This document shows, piece by piece, positions 11,800-23,026 of a stretch of 64,000 nucleotides of DNA. Position numbers and translations under genes: made by a program. Within the stretch, counting starts at the first letter, position 1, and the number at the start of each line of letters is the position of its first letter. The notes under the pieces are model-generated. The model ran no database searches. It was given only the letters and a program-made list of their open reading frames with translations, and was not told where the DNA came from. The DNA comes from Batkoa obscura (lineage: Eukaryota): NCBI GenBank assembly GCA_030770535.1, contig JASVEC010000001.1, positions 372,001-436,000 on the forward strand, written 5' to 3'.

Positions 11800-13560
11800 A
11801 TGAAATTCTTTGGATTATCTGTCGCTATTATCATTAACCCCTACTTACATATCGTTTTCTTTCAAATGTTCACACAATGGAATCAACCCGGCGTTATAGA
11901 TTTAATATTTGATGATATCCCAACAGATCACATTCCATAAATATTAAATACTTCGTGTTTAAAGTGCTTAAAGTGCTTAAAGCCACTTTTTCTTTATTGG
12001 ATCTAATGTTAAGCAAAAACCCGAATTTATTAAATATATATTTGATGAAAGCCATCAAATTGCTCCTTATAGCTATATTCATAGGCGTTTATCTGAACTA
12101 TCTACTTATACCTTTAAATAAGAAACGAGCACTCAAAGTTTAGTCCTTCACTTTTTGAGACAAATTTTTAAACACTGTATATGAGAAGTCTGGAATTAGG
12201 AGAAGACCAGGTTACTATTGGTATTTTAAATATTTAGGCTGTATCCAAGTTGGTGTTAATATATATACTAATGACTGAAAAGTAAAAAATGCCGACTTGA
12301 ATTTAACTTATAAATTTACGTTAACAGAGTTGAAAAAGCAGGTCTTAAAGCCATATTTTATTGCTTTGCAATATAACTTCACTAAAAAAGGCGCAAGAAT
12401 TAGTAAAGGTATTAATTTGATAAAATCAAAAGGCTTTGCCTTTGTAGCTTCAGAAAATGTTTTAAAAAGGGCCCCACTTATGGCGATACTCCTGCTCAAC
12501 AAAATACTATTGATAAAAAAGAAGAAAATGCTAAATTAGGAACCCCAGGACTTTTTGCAGTAAGTGGAAGCATTCTTGTTGAAATGGGTAGCGGAAAAAC
12601 CATCCCAGAGACAGAAAATTCTGCTAATAGAGAGGGGAATACAATAATCACTATAAAAACTTAGGCTCCTCTTAGAAGAAAAGAAGATAAAATATTCAAT
12701 TTAAAAGCTCAAGCTCTTACTAACTGTGAAATATTGCTTTATTTAGCTCTCAGATTGATTATAACACAACAATCACTTAAGTTGTTGTATTCTCAAGTTC
12801 AAACACAATCAATTCAGAGTCCCTTATTTTGATTTGCTGCGAGAATCTCTAACTTCATATTGCAAACAATATTATCTCCTTTTAATATTCATACTTATTG
12901 GAGTATAAAAGAGATTCTTCAATATGATAACTCGAGGCTTTTTAATTGGATTACTCCCTGATAATGTATCATTAATAAAGTCACTAAGTTTTTCAGACAA
13001 CATCTTATATAGATTTTACAGTAGTATCTTCCATTGTATTTGTTTTACATAATTCGTAGTTTACTACATACTATTTCTATTAAGTTAAGTCTATCTTAGT
13101 TACATAAACTAAGACCCTTCGACTCAAGGCAAGTTAATTAAGCAAGAGTAGCTTTTAACTTCGATCACTAAGTATCAACTTTCATATAACTAAGAGAAAA
13201 AATCAGTTACTTCAGAAAATGAAAATAATTTTGGTGCAGAACCAAGTTTTCCAGTAACCAACTTTGAAAGTGCCATTGGGACAAAAATAGTAATGGGATA
13301 TTTCAGCTCATAAAAAGAGGTGTAATAGTTTATCACCCAATCCATACTTCAGAAAGTTCAACCAAAAGTTACATGAATTAACAGAAACCTCTAATTGTAG
13401 CAGGTTGTACACTCTAGGTTCTCCAAAATGGGAAATTTATAGGATCTTGATCTGAAGGAAAAAGTGAAACAGCTCTTTATATTCCAGCCTATCCTAACCA
13501 TGTTAAACCAACAATTATTTGTAGTTAGATTAATGGTATAATCAAACATTTTAGTTAAAC
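11800..13560 (+). pseudogene. Degraded CE4 polysaccharide (chitin) deacetylase pseudogene, interrupted by a solo LTR
   Basis: DNA colinear with 26030-27150 (atgaaattctttggattatct vs atgagattccttgagttatcc; tttgatgat; aaagccactttttctttattggatctaatgtt; 3' aggatct...catgttaaacca); multiple frameshifts and stops. Confidence 0.8.
12725..13186 (+). mobile_element. Solo LTR-like element, copy 1
   Basis: TGTGAAA...TTTCATA termini, TAAC/TAAC 4-bp direct flanks, internal TATAAAA then AATAAA; homologous to 25101-25523 and 31121-31600. Confidence 0.75.
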
Positions 13561-13770
13561 TAAATGTATGTTAAATTTTAAATGTTATGATTTTTGACGT
13601 AATTTAATGCTAAACTCTGAGTTATTGCTTTAAAGTTTAAAGCAATATATGCATAAATTTAAATATGATAGTACTCCAGCCCAATACTTTTGGATTTATT
13701 TTTAATAGCTATTAATCAAAAGCATTGAAATTATAGATCTAATATTCTTTAAGCCGATAGCTTTTTTTGA

Positions 13771-13844
13771 CCCTTTGAGTATTGGAGACCTTAAAAAATT
13801 CTATTTGATTGGATCAGCTTTTTTAAAACCCAATGCCCAAAGGG
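13771..13844. mobile_element. Possible piggyBac-like miniature element
   Basis: ttga|CCCTTTGAGTATTGG...CCAATGCCCAAAGGG|ttaa; a second right-end-like copy cagtactcaagggg|ttga at 13882-13899. Confidence 0.45.
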
Positions 13845-14496
13845 TTAATTTGATTTGAATCATGTGACCAATGTTCGCCCACAGTACTCAAGGGGTTGAT
13901 AAAATATACTGAAAACAAGATCTCAGTTTTAAAGGCTCAATATTGCCTTCTTTTTAAGCAACTAATTTGCAAGTTTCCAAGGCTAATTTAAAAATCAAAA
14001 TTCAACCCACGTTCGAAATGCAACTAAAAATTCGACACTCCTCAAAGTTGGCATAATTTTTAATCTTAAATTTCAGACAAAAAGGCCAAAGTTTGATTAA
14101 TTTAACTGATATATTAAATCCCCTTAGTTCTAGATTCAACTTGTTTATCACCATAAAGTGATAGTATTAATAATTAAGTTTAATAAATTAAAAATCCAAC
14201 TTTGATTTATCTGTTTGTATTGATATTGTATATTATTAAAAACTGATCTTTATTATAATAATTTAATTCATAAACCTCTGTAAAGTATATTCTATTTTAA
14301 ATAAAGTGGTTTTTATTAGCGCATAATCAAAAAGAATAAGGGAAATACTCTTTGTAACGATAAGAAAAACAAAAAACAGAAAATAAAACACTGTCATATA
14401 ATAACAAAAGCATTTAATAAGTGAATAGAGAAGAGGGATTACATTCAATGTAAAACAAAAAAGGAATTGACGAAATAAAATGGTATAAATTCGATA

Positions 14497-14748
14497 TTAA
14501 TTTGAAAAGCTTTTGAATCTAGATAATACTGTCTTATTTTTTGTTCCCTTCTTATTAACGCCTTGATCGTCTTTAGCGTAAACTTTATTTTTATTTAGAT
14601 TCAAATAAGTCCCATCCTTATAATTTTTTTCATAATATTGTGAACTACGAGAATTAAAATCTGATGCTCCAGTCCTCCTTTTAGTGTATTTGCCTACATC
14701 GCTGTTTAAATACATGTACTTGTCTTTTACCCATTCTACTAAACCCAT
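14497..14748 (-). CDS. Small basic hypothetical protein (83 aa)
   Basis: ATG in A-rich context (aaaaaaaATGG), TATATAAA ~90 bp upstream, GC above flanks; no recognisable domain. Confidence 0.55.
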   Translation of the reverse strand: MGLVEWVKDKYMYLNSDVGKYTKRRTGASDFNSRSSQYYEKNYKDGTYLNLNKNKVYAKDDQGVNKKGTKNKTVLSRFKSFSN

Positions 14749-16489
14749 TTTTTTTACTATTATTTTTAATATTACTTTTGGTTGTTAAATAAAAATATTT
14801 AGCTAAAGTTGATTCTCCTTAATTCTCCTCCTTCCTTTATATACTTTTTCTGATCAATTTTATAAGGAAACCATAAAAATAAAAATCATATGTAATTGGC
14901 TTATTTTTCAAACTGGATTATTAAAATACCAGCTAAAATTAGCAATTCTAGCTGAATAGAATAATATTCTTTTTGATTAGCTATCAAAAATATTTTTATT
15001 GCTTTATTGGCTATTCATCCCCTATTGGTGCTTCTTTTAGAGTACTTTTATTCTAGGATTTTATTGACCTTAGTTCTTGGATTGCCCAATTATTCTTTAA
15101 CTAAATAGGCTTCTCTTTATTTTTACCATAAATAACATTAGTAAGTTATTAATAGTTTTATAAGATTTTAAATAACTGTTTAAAAATAATACTACTTGTC
15201 AAATTCCCTCTACTATCACTTTTTCTCCCACGGATTCTATTTTATCAAGGATTATATAAAATTTTATAATGAATTTGTTGATTATGAATTTATTTTTAAT
15301 TCTTATTAAACAAAGAAATAGAATTATGAGCATCCAATAGTCAAGCATTTTGTAATATATTGCTTTTTGTACCTCAAAGTAAAAAAGCCAAGTGCTTTGC
15401 CTAATAAATAAATTCCTTGTTTGAAATCAACATATGTGAAAATACATGAGTATTTCTAGTAAATATTAATCTATATAAGAGCACTTAGGTAGTATCATAA
15501 TAGAAGATCAAATTGAAACTATAGTATTATATTTATATTTATATTCGTTTGTTTCCTTTTATTAGAATAACTTCAAACCTGATAAAGATAATTAGTTTTA
15601 CATTAAAAATAAAATCTAGAAATTAATGTGTTGACTATTCTATTATTTAAATAAACAAAAGTGTTAATTCTTATAATCAGATTTATTTTTAAAATTCCAT
15701 AAAGAAATAATATACTATTTTAAATTCATTATATGCAATATATTATTTCATGTAATTTTTTTAAATAGTTTGCAACTGCAAAATGATAATAATTATTAAA
15801 TGGCTTCTTAACGTGACTATTTTTTTAAGTTTCATAATATAAAATGTGATTTTTATTATTTATGCTTAGCAAATATACTAGATATCGTTACTGTTTACTT
15901 TAAGAAACGTAGTCTCGTATTTCTGACTGCATTAGCACGCTATAGCAATTCCTTTCATTAAGGTATTCGAAACCAAACCCCACAACTTGCTCTTTAATCA
16001 TGTACACTGTATTATCTGTACATTATATATATTTTTTATATGTAATTTCAACAAACCTTTATTCAAATATAATATTTATTTACTTTATATATTAAATATT
16101 TATATTAAAAGGTAACCCCACATGTAGAGACCGTATGAGTTAATTGATAGGAGCACTTGTCCTCTACTAAAGTTTACCCTTGAGCACATGGCTCCATATG
16201 TAATCCGCGCCTCAAGTTAAAATACCTTGGCTTAACAATATATAAAAAGGAAAATGATATGACGTCACATATTTAGTTTTGAATTTAAAAGACAATAATT
16301 TAATTAACTTTACTTTATAAATTAACATCTGTTTTTATAAATAATTTGAGATAACAATTGCAAGTGATCTAATAAAATAATAAATGATCTCATCAATCGG
16401 AGGAATGAAAAATATTAAAAACCAAGGTTATTAAAGCACATAATAGGATAAAAGTTCAAAATACTTTTTTTTACTTTTTATCTTGAATA

Positions 16490-19107
16490 ATGATATTTTA
16501 TTTCTATTTATTAGTACATCTCTATTTATCAATTATAGCTTGTTGTGGTGTTACAACACATATATTAGTAGGCGAAATAGCGAGAAGGGAGCTTAATGAC
16601 TACGTCAAAACTATAATTAGAAATAACCTCAACGCTTTTCAAGCCGGTTCTTTTTTTCCAGATTGGGGTTATATTTGCAATGGCTTTAGAGAAGAAGGAG
16701 AATCAGGTACGGATTTAATATAAATAACGTAAACAAACTAATCATTATTTAGCACATTGGCCACCCTTTTATTTTAACAGTATTGAACATATAAGACTAA
16801 ACTATGCTAACGATGTTATAAAGTTTCAGAATAAACAAAAAACAAGCAAAGAATTTGAAGTCATATTTTCATTTTTAATGGGAGCTATCAACCATGGAGT
16901 TGATGATGTATTATGGCATGGACTAGACAATCAAAGCAATAGTATGATTAATTCGTTAGCAGAAATGAATTGGAAAGGCGATTATTATAAAGCACATAAG
17001 ATTGCAGATTTAGGAGGCGATATTGTTGCAGCTCATGCATTAAATTTATCTTTTTTAAAAGTAAGATTGAAATGATTAAAATGTAATAAAGTAATTAAAT
17101 CTTTAAGTCGTCCTGGAATATTCCATCAAAAGATATCATTCAAATTTATAAACGAATGGGCTATAATCGAGTTAACTGGTTCAATTTAAATCGTTGTTTA
17201 AGTATTGGATTGGCTGCAGGGCAAGCAACGAAGTATAGTGGAAGGAGATTATTAGGTAGGTTTGATACAAATAAGGTAATTCAAAGCAATTCAATATTAC
17301 TCAACAATAATTTCTGTTATTAGTCTCCTTTTTTACTTAACAACTATTTTACACATTATCATGGGGGTAAGTATAAATTTAATTATTATAGTAATAAATA
17401 TTAAGAATATTTTTTATCATTTGATAGGCATATTAAATATGGCAAATCGAGTTGTTCATTGTTGGAATGATACTATTGGCTTATTAAATAATAATATTAG
17501 CCCATCTTCATTTTGTAATCAAATATTTAATCAAAATAATGTATTAAATAATAGCAAACACAATAATCGCCAAATTAGATTTAGTAATAAGAGTAAGAAT
17601 AAGTCGAAAGATATAGTAAACATTAATCACAAACATTATGATATTATCCAATATAATAGTGATAATAGCGGCGAAGCAATACATAGTAATACAACTAATA
17701 ACAATGAAATGTTATATAACAGTAATCAGAAAATACAATGCAAGGTTAATAAAAAATATCAACAAATAATATGGAATGACTTGAACTATAATGGATTTGG
17801 GAAAAGCGTACAAGTTATAAATAAAAAGAATAAAAAATATTTAATAGTAAGTAGCCCGTATAACTATAATAATTTCAATAGTAGTGGGATGATTACTATT
17901 TATGATGTTAATTCAAACTTCAAACTATTATTTAAAATTAATTCAGTTCATTTTGATACCAATTTTGGAAATAATATGCTGGTTTTAGATTTTAATAACG
18001 ATTCTATGTTAGATTTAATTATTGCTTCCCCTAAATTAAACCAATTACTAATTTACTATGGTAATAACAATAATAACACAATATTAGACAGTAAGCCAAT
18101 TTTATGGAATATTAATTTTGATTTGAACTATCAAATTGGGGATGAATTAATTAAAGTAGTCATTAAAAACTCAAAACAGCAAACCCAAGAAAAAATGATG
18201 ATAGTAAGCTTGATAAACAAGCAAAATAATAATGAAGTTATATTATATGGCAAAAATATAGTTAATAATAAAGAATGGCACCTAAAGAGCAACTATTTTC
18301 AACATTATATAAATAGCAAAATAAATATCGAATACCTATCTTTAAAGGATCAACATTATTTTATTTTATCTTATTCCAATGCCGAGTTTAAAGGAGCTTT
18401 GTTTTTAGTTCAACTAGACTCAGATTTCATCCCTATTAACGATACACTCATTCCTTTAACTTTTGGTAGTGAAATATTTGGTTCTTTTGGCTATGATTTT
18501 GTTATTTGGGAAACTAACTTTGATTCATTTACTTTAATTGTTTCTTCTACTACTAAGGTAATGCATCAATGTATAGTATCAAATAAAAACAGTACTAATA
18601 TTTTGTTTAAAGAGCAATGCTAAAGAAAATTCAATCCAAAGTGGAGAAATTGAAGTAATTAGATATTCAATAAATTCAAACAATCAAGTTGAACTACAAT
18701 TTCAAAAAAGAGTATTAAAATCAAAAGAAAATTATAATAACCTTGGGAATCAATTAATCAAATTAAATGAGAATACACTTTTGATCTCAAATCCAAATTC
18801 ATTAGATGAAAAAGGCTCATTGATTGTATTAAATTTGTCTAACTCTTTTGATCTATTCAATATCAATTGTGTTACTACCAATTTTAAGTTGGGTCAGTTT
18901 TCAAGTAACATGTTACTCGTTGATCAATCTTTATATGTTGTAGCTTCCAATGCTTATAAAATTGCTAATAAGGAGGATGCTGGGGATTATGAGTAAGATT
19001 TATTTTATTTTTAATAATAGTCGTCTTAATAATATTTTATAGTAATACGCTTCCATCTGGTGCTGTCTTTTATTGGAAAAATTGGAAAGATTTATTGTGA
19101 TTATTAA
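16490..19107 (+). CDS. GPLD1: GPI-specific phospholipase D homologue (Zn-dependent phospholipase domain plus FG-GAP repeats), ~7 exons
   Basis: Signal peptide then CGVTTH, AFQAGSFFPDWGY, AHWPPF, HGVDDVLWH, H..ADLGGD, SPFLLNNYFTHYHGG; FG-GAP-like DFNNDSMLDLIIASP; last exon inferred (NTLPSGAVFYW...stop 19107). Confidence 0.85.
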
Positions 19108-21414
19108 ATAAACTTTGTTTATACGTTTAGCTAAATTGTATTGCCCCTTTATTTGAATGTTTTTAATATGATTTTTCATGATATTTTTAATTCCAATTTT
19201 AATTTTATAATTGTATATTTGGTTAGTTATTATTTCTATAAAATAGTTAGCCAATTTTTAAACTAATGCGCTCTCTTTAGTTAAGTATTTTACTAAACAT
19301 GAACCTTCAAAGTTGATAATAGCTTATTTTGATTAATTTTAAATACATAAAGGAATACTTAAAAAAGATAATCATAGGGTACAATGAATAGTAAATTTAG
19401 AGAAAGTACTAAAATAAAAGCAGGGTAAGACTTTTATTGAGCAAAATCTATAACTAGATTTAAAACCTAAAGAAATAGATGATTTTTATAAAAAAACAAA
19501 AAAAACTGACAGTTATATTTTGAAAATGAAAATTATCAGTAACATAAACTATGGGACTTTATAGAAGCTTATAACTCAGATTACAGAGACTTTGTTCAAC
19601 TTATAAACATAATAATTGATAGATGAAAGAATCAAGCTGCATACAGCAGATGTTAAACTATGTTTTAAATAGAACAACTTTTTTGCATAAGGTGTGATAA
19701 TTTATCCCTGAATGAGAGCAAAATTCAATACAAAAATAGCTAGTACCTTACAAAAAAGTGGGAATTCACGCATAAAGTTGGTCGGCTATTAACAACAATA
19801 TCGAGCAACTGTTTGTGTGTAAAATAAAAAAGTGGAGTGCAAATTTGTGCATAAATAAAATTAGGTGAGTTTTTTTACAAGTTGTATTAATTTTTATTAA
19901 TTTTTAATTCTAATATTGATTTAATATTAAAGACTTTTTAAAGATATCTTTAATTGTAAAATATTAATAGTTTTAAATCTCTTTTGATAAGTTTCATAAA
20001 ATAATAAAAGGTCCCTTGACAATTTTGTTATCTTAAAATCAAGTTTATACAAAAAGTTTATAATGGTTCCTTCAGACTAAACACACTAGTTTAAACTTTG
20101 CAGCTTAAAGTTAAACAAAATAAAATTTGCATTAAGCTAGCCAATAGCCTAGGTTAAAAATTGAGTTCAAATGAATAGTGTCTTTAGGGGTAAGTTACAA
20201 TTAATTTTTTTTGATCAAAAATGAGGGGTATTTTTATATTAAAAAAGATACTCCTATTTGAAACTAAACTTTCAGGGAAATAATCACTATTTTGAAAATA
20301 GTAATAATTTAAAAAATAATAATATATATTTAATTAAAACATCTATTTAAACTATATCTCTATTTTGAATAATAAGATGATAAATCGTAATATTTATTAA
20401 TTTGTCTTATTTTCTCCATCCTTTTTTTTGAAAAAAAAACAATTTACCACCCAATTTACTTGATTGCGTTAAATTATCTATGGTGTTTGATGGAGAAATT
20501 AATTCTATGAAATTTCTCACCTCAACTCATCCATCACTTGGAAATTGAGTGAGAATTATTTGGCTGGTAAAATTTGCAATAAATCTATGGGCATAAAATT
20601 AAAAATTAATTCGGATCAAATTTATTTTATAATACAATTTGGCCCGAATACCATAATAAATAAATCTAACTTTAGATACCATTTTGATAAGATGAAATAC
20701 TAATAAATCTGATATAATATTACGTACGTAAATTTTTTATTACGTTTCTTATCTAATATCATTAATGTTTATTTAGTTAGAAATTTTATTATGACGATTA
20801 ATAATAAGGTAAATATAAACTACAATAATTAAAATAGGAAAAGAAGAATATGGGAGTTTAATTAAAAGCTACGCTAAAAATAAAATAGTAAACAATAATG
20901 AGATAATCATTAAAATAAATAAGCCACATAAAAATAAAAGTAAATAGTAAATAATTTAAGAAGAGATAGAATATACCCCATGAATCTAACTGTTATTAAA
21001 GATTAGATATTGCTAACAGAAATTTTCTAATTATAGTTAAATTCCCTTTACTTTATTGTTTTTTCAATATTTTATGTTTAATAACACATGTTTTTGATGC
21101 ATTCAATTTTTTACAGTTGGATTTCTTATGCTTTGTACCAATCAAGTTAGTTTCCTAAATTAAGTAATCGGTATTGTTTATAAAAGATTGTAGCCATGTG
21201 ATTTAATCAAATAATATCTAATAAACTATTTACTGTTTAAACCAACGTAATAGAGTATATAAGACAAACCAAAAACTTCAGTTACCAATCACCAACTTAC
21301 TTTAGACTTTATTTTGTACTTTTTACTAATAGACCTTTTTTGTATTTATTTATTTCGTCTTATATCCTAGTTAGATTCCTTTATTAAAATATTAAATATT
21401 AAAATATCAACAAA

Positions 21415-22653
21415 ATGAATTACTATCCTTATATTCCTTTCTCCGCTAACCCTTTCACTAATAACTTCCAATCTCAGTTGCAGCTACAACAATCTAACTT
21501 CCCTTTATCTCAGGCAATGTTAGATCAAATGCAACAAAATGAAGAAGTAGGGAAACCGTGGAGTGAATGGGATGATCAAAGATTAAAAGCCGCTGCTGAA
21601 AAATATAACAATAAAGGTTGGCGCAAAATATGCTTAAGTGCTTTCCCAGATGGCTCAAGGACCAAAGAGGAATGCCTTAAACGCTGGCGCCAATTAACAA
21701 AATCAGTTTCTGTTAAAGGACTTTGGACAGCTGAAGAAGATGCTAAACTAATTTCTTTAGTTAAAGAAATGGGTGCTGAAAAATGGGTAGCTATTGCTAA
21801 CCGCTTAGAAACAAGAACTGGTAAACAATGCAGAGAAAGATGGCACAATCATTTAGACCCTAGAATCAATAAAGCTCCTTTTACAGCTGAAGAAGAGCAA
21901 TTGATCTTTAAGTTACATGCTAAAATTGGAAGTAAATGGGCTGAAATGTCAAAACATCTTCCAGGTAGGTCCGATAACTCCATCAAGAACTTTTTCAATA
22001 CAGCTATGCAACGTAAACGTAAAGTGCAACAAGCTAATAGTGGTAAAATTGAAATGAAACGTCATAAGGAAGCACCATTCAACTGGTCCCCTCAAGATGC
22101 TAAATCATTCTTATCCCAATATTCTACACCTAATTTAAGTTCTGATTTACATGCTTCATTCAGTCAATTAAATATGAGAGTAATGACCCCACCAGATACT
22201 CCTCAACCTGGAATTGGTTTAAACCAAGGCTTTGATCTTTACAATCCATGGGCTAATTTCCAACCAAAATCTGCTTTTTTAGCCCCCACCCTCCATCATA
22301 ATAAGTTAGGCATGTTAAATTTAACACCCATTACTAACTCATCACCAGCGTTACCACAAGGTACATTTGAAAGAGCAGTATTCGATCAAACTAGGGGAAT
22401 AGCATCAAATCCAGTGACACCCAATAACTTTAACAACGGATTTTTCAATCCCAATGTGTTTCATCAAAGTCATCACAATAATTTACACGAAACTGAAATA
22501 AAGCAAGAAAATGATAAAGCAACCGATAATTTAGAAGAAAACAATAACATGACTTCAGCACCACCCAGCGGCTACCATCTTGGATTAATCGGTGTTGATT
22601 ATAATGGATTAACTGATAATGAAGTCCAAGATTATCTGTTTATGGGGCATTAA
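21415..22653 (+). CDS. Three-repeat (R1R2R3) Myb transcription factor
   Basis: KPWSEWDD...RW; KGLWTAEED...RTGKQCRERWHNHLDP; KAPFTAEEE...KWAEMSKHLPGRSDNSIKN. Confidence 0.93.
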   Translation: MNYYPYIPFSANPFTNNFQSQLQLQQSNFPLSQAMLDQMQQNEEVGKPWSEWDDQRLKAAAEKYNNKGWRKICLSAFPDGSRTKEECLKRWRQLTKSVSVKGLWTAEEDAKLISLVKEMGAEKWVAIANRLETRTGKQCRERWHNHLDPRINKAPFTAEEEQLIFKLHAKIGSKWAEMSKHLPGRSDNSIKNFFNTAMQRKRKVQQANSGKIEMKRHKEAPFNWSPQDAKSFLSQYSTPNLSSDLHASFSQLNMRVMTPPDTPQPGIGLNQGFDLYNPWANFQPKSAFLAPTLHHNKLGMLNLTPITNSSPALPQGTFERAVFDQTRGIASNPVTPNNFNNGFFNPNVFHQSHHNNLHETEIKQENDKATDNLEENNNMTSAPPSGYHLGLIGVDYNGLTDNEVQDYLFMGH

Positions 22654-23026
22654 ATCGATTTTTGATTTGCTTTGTTTTGAGTTGAAATTTCGTTCTATTT
22701 TGCATCTTGTTCTACTGTTATCCCTTTCCTTATTTTATCTGTTTAAATAAATGATTTTAAATTATATTATTATCTTATCATTAATATTATAAAACTATTA
22801 GAATTAAAGTGCTACAACTACACCAAATTTAAGTTTAAAATCCCCATATTAATATAAATTGGAGAAATAATAGTATTAGAATGAATTAACTTAAAAAGTA
22901 GCTTTGTTTTATTACTATTATTTTAACTGTATTTCTAAATAAAGTCAGCATGCATCATATTGTTGATAAAAATTAAATGTAGACAAGTATGACAAAAGTA
23001 GAAAACTTAATTTACAAACAATTTTT

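Noticed and set aside
11894..12539. Four short overlapping ORFs
   Set aside because: Out-of-frame or antisense pieces of the deacetylase pseudogene.
19000..19254. 84 aa minus ORF and other antisense ORFs (8249, 9782, 21576, 23651, 41574, 44987, 50435, 52156, 62215)
   Set aside because: Shadows of well-supported genes on the opposite strand.
20220..20257. Short hairpin resembling MITE A ends (gaggggtattttt...aaaaagatactcc)
   Set aside because: No internal core; cannot be distinguished from chance.
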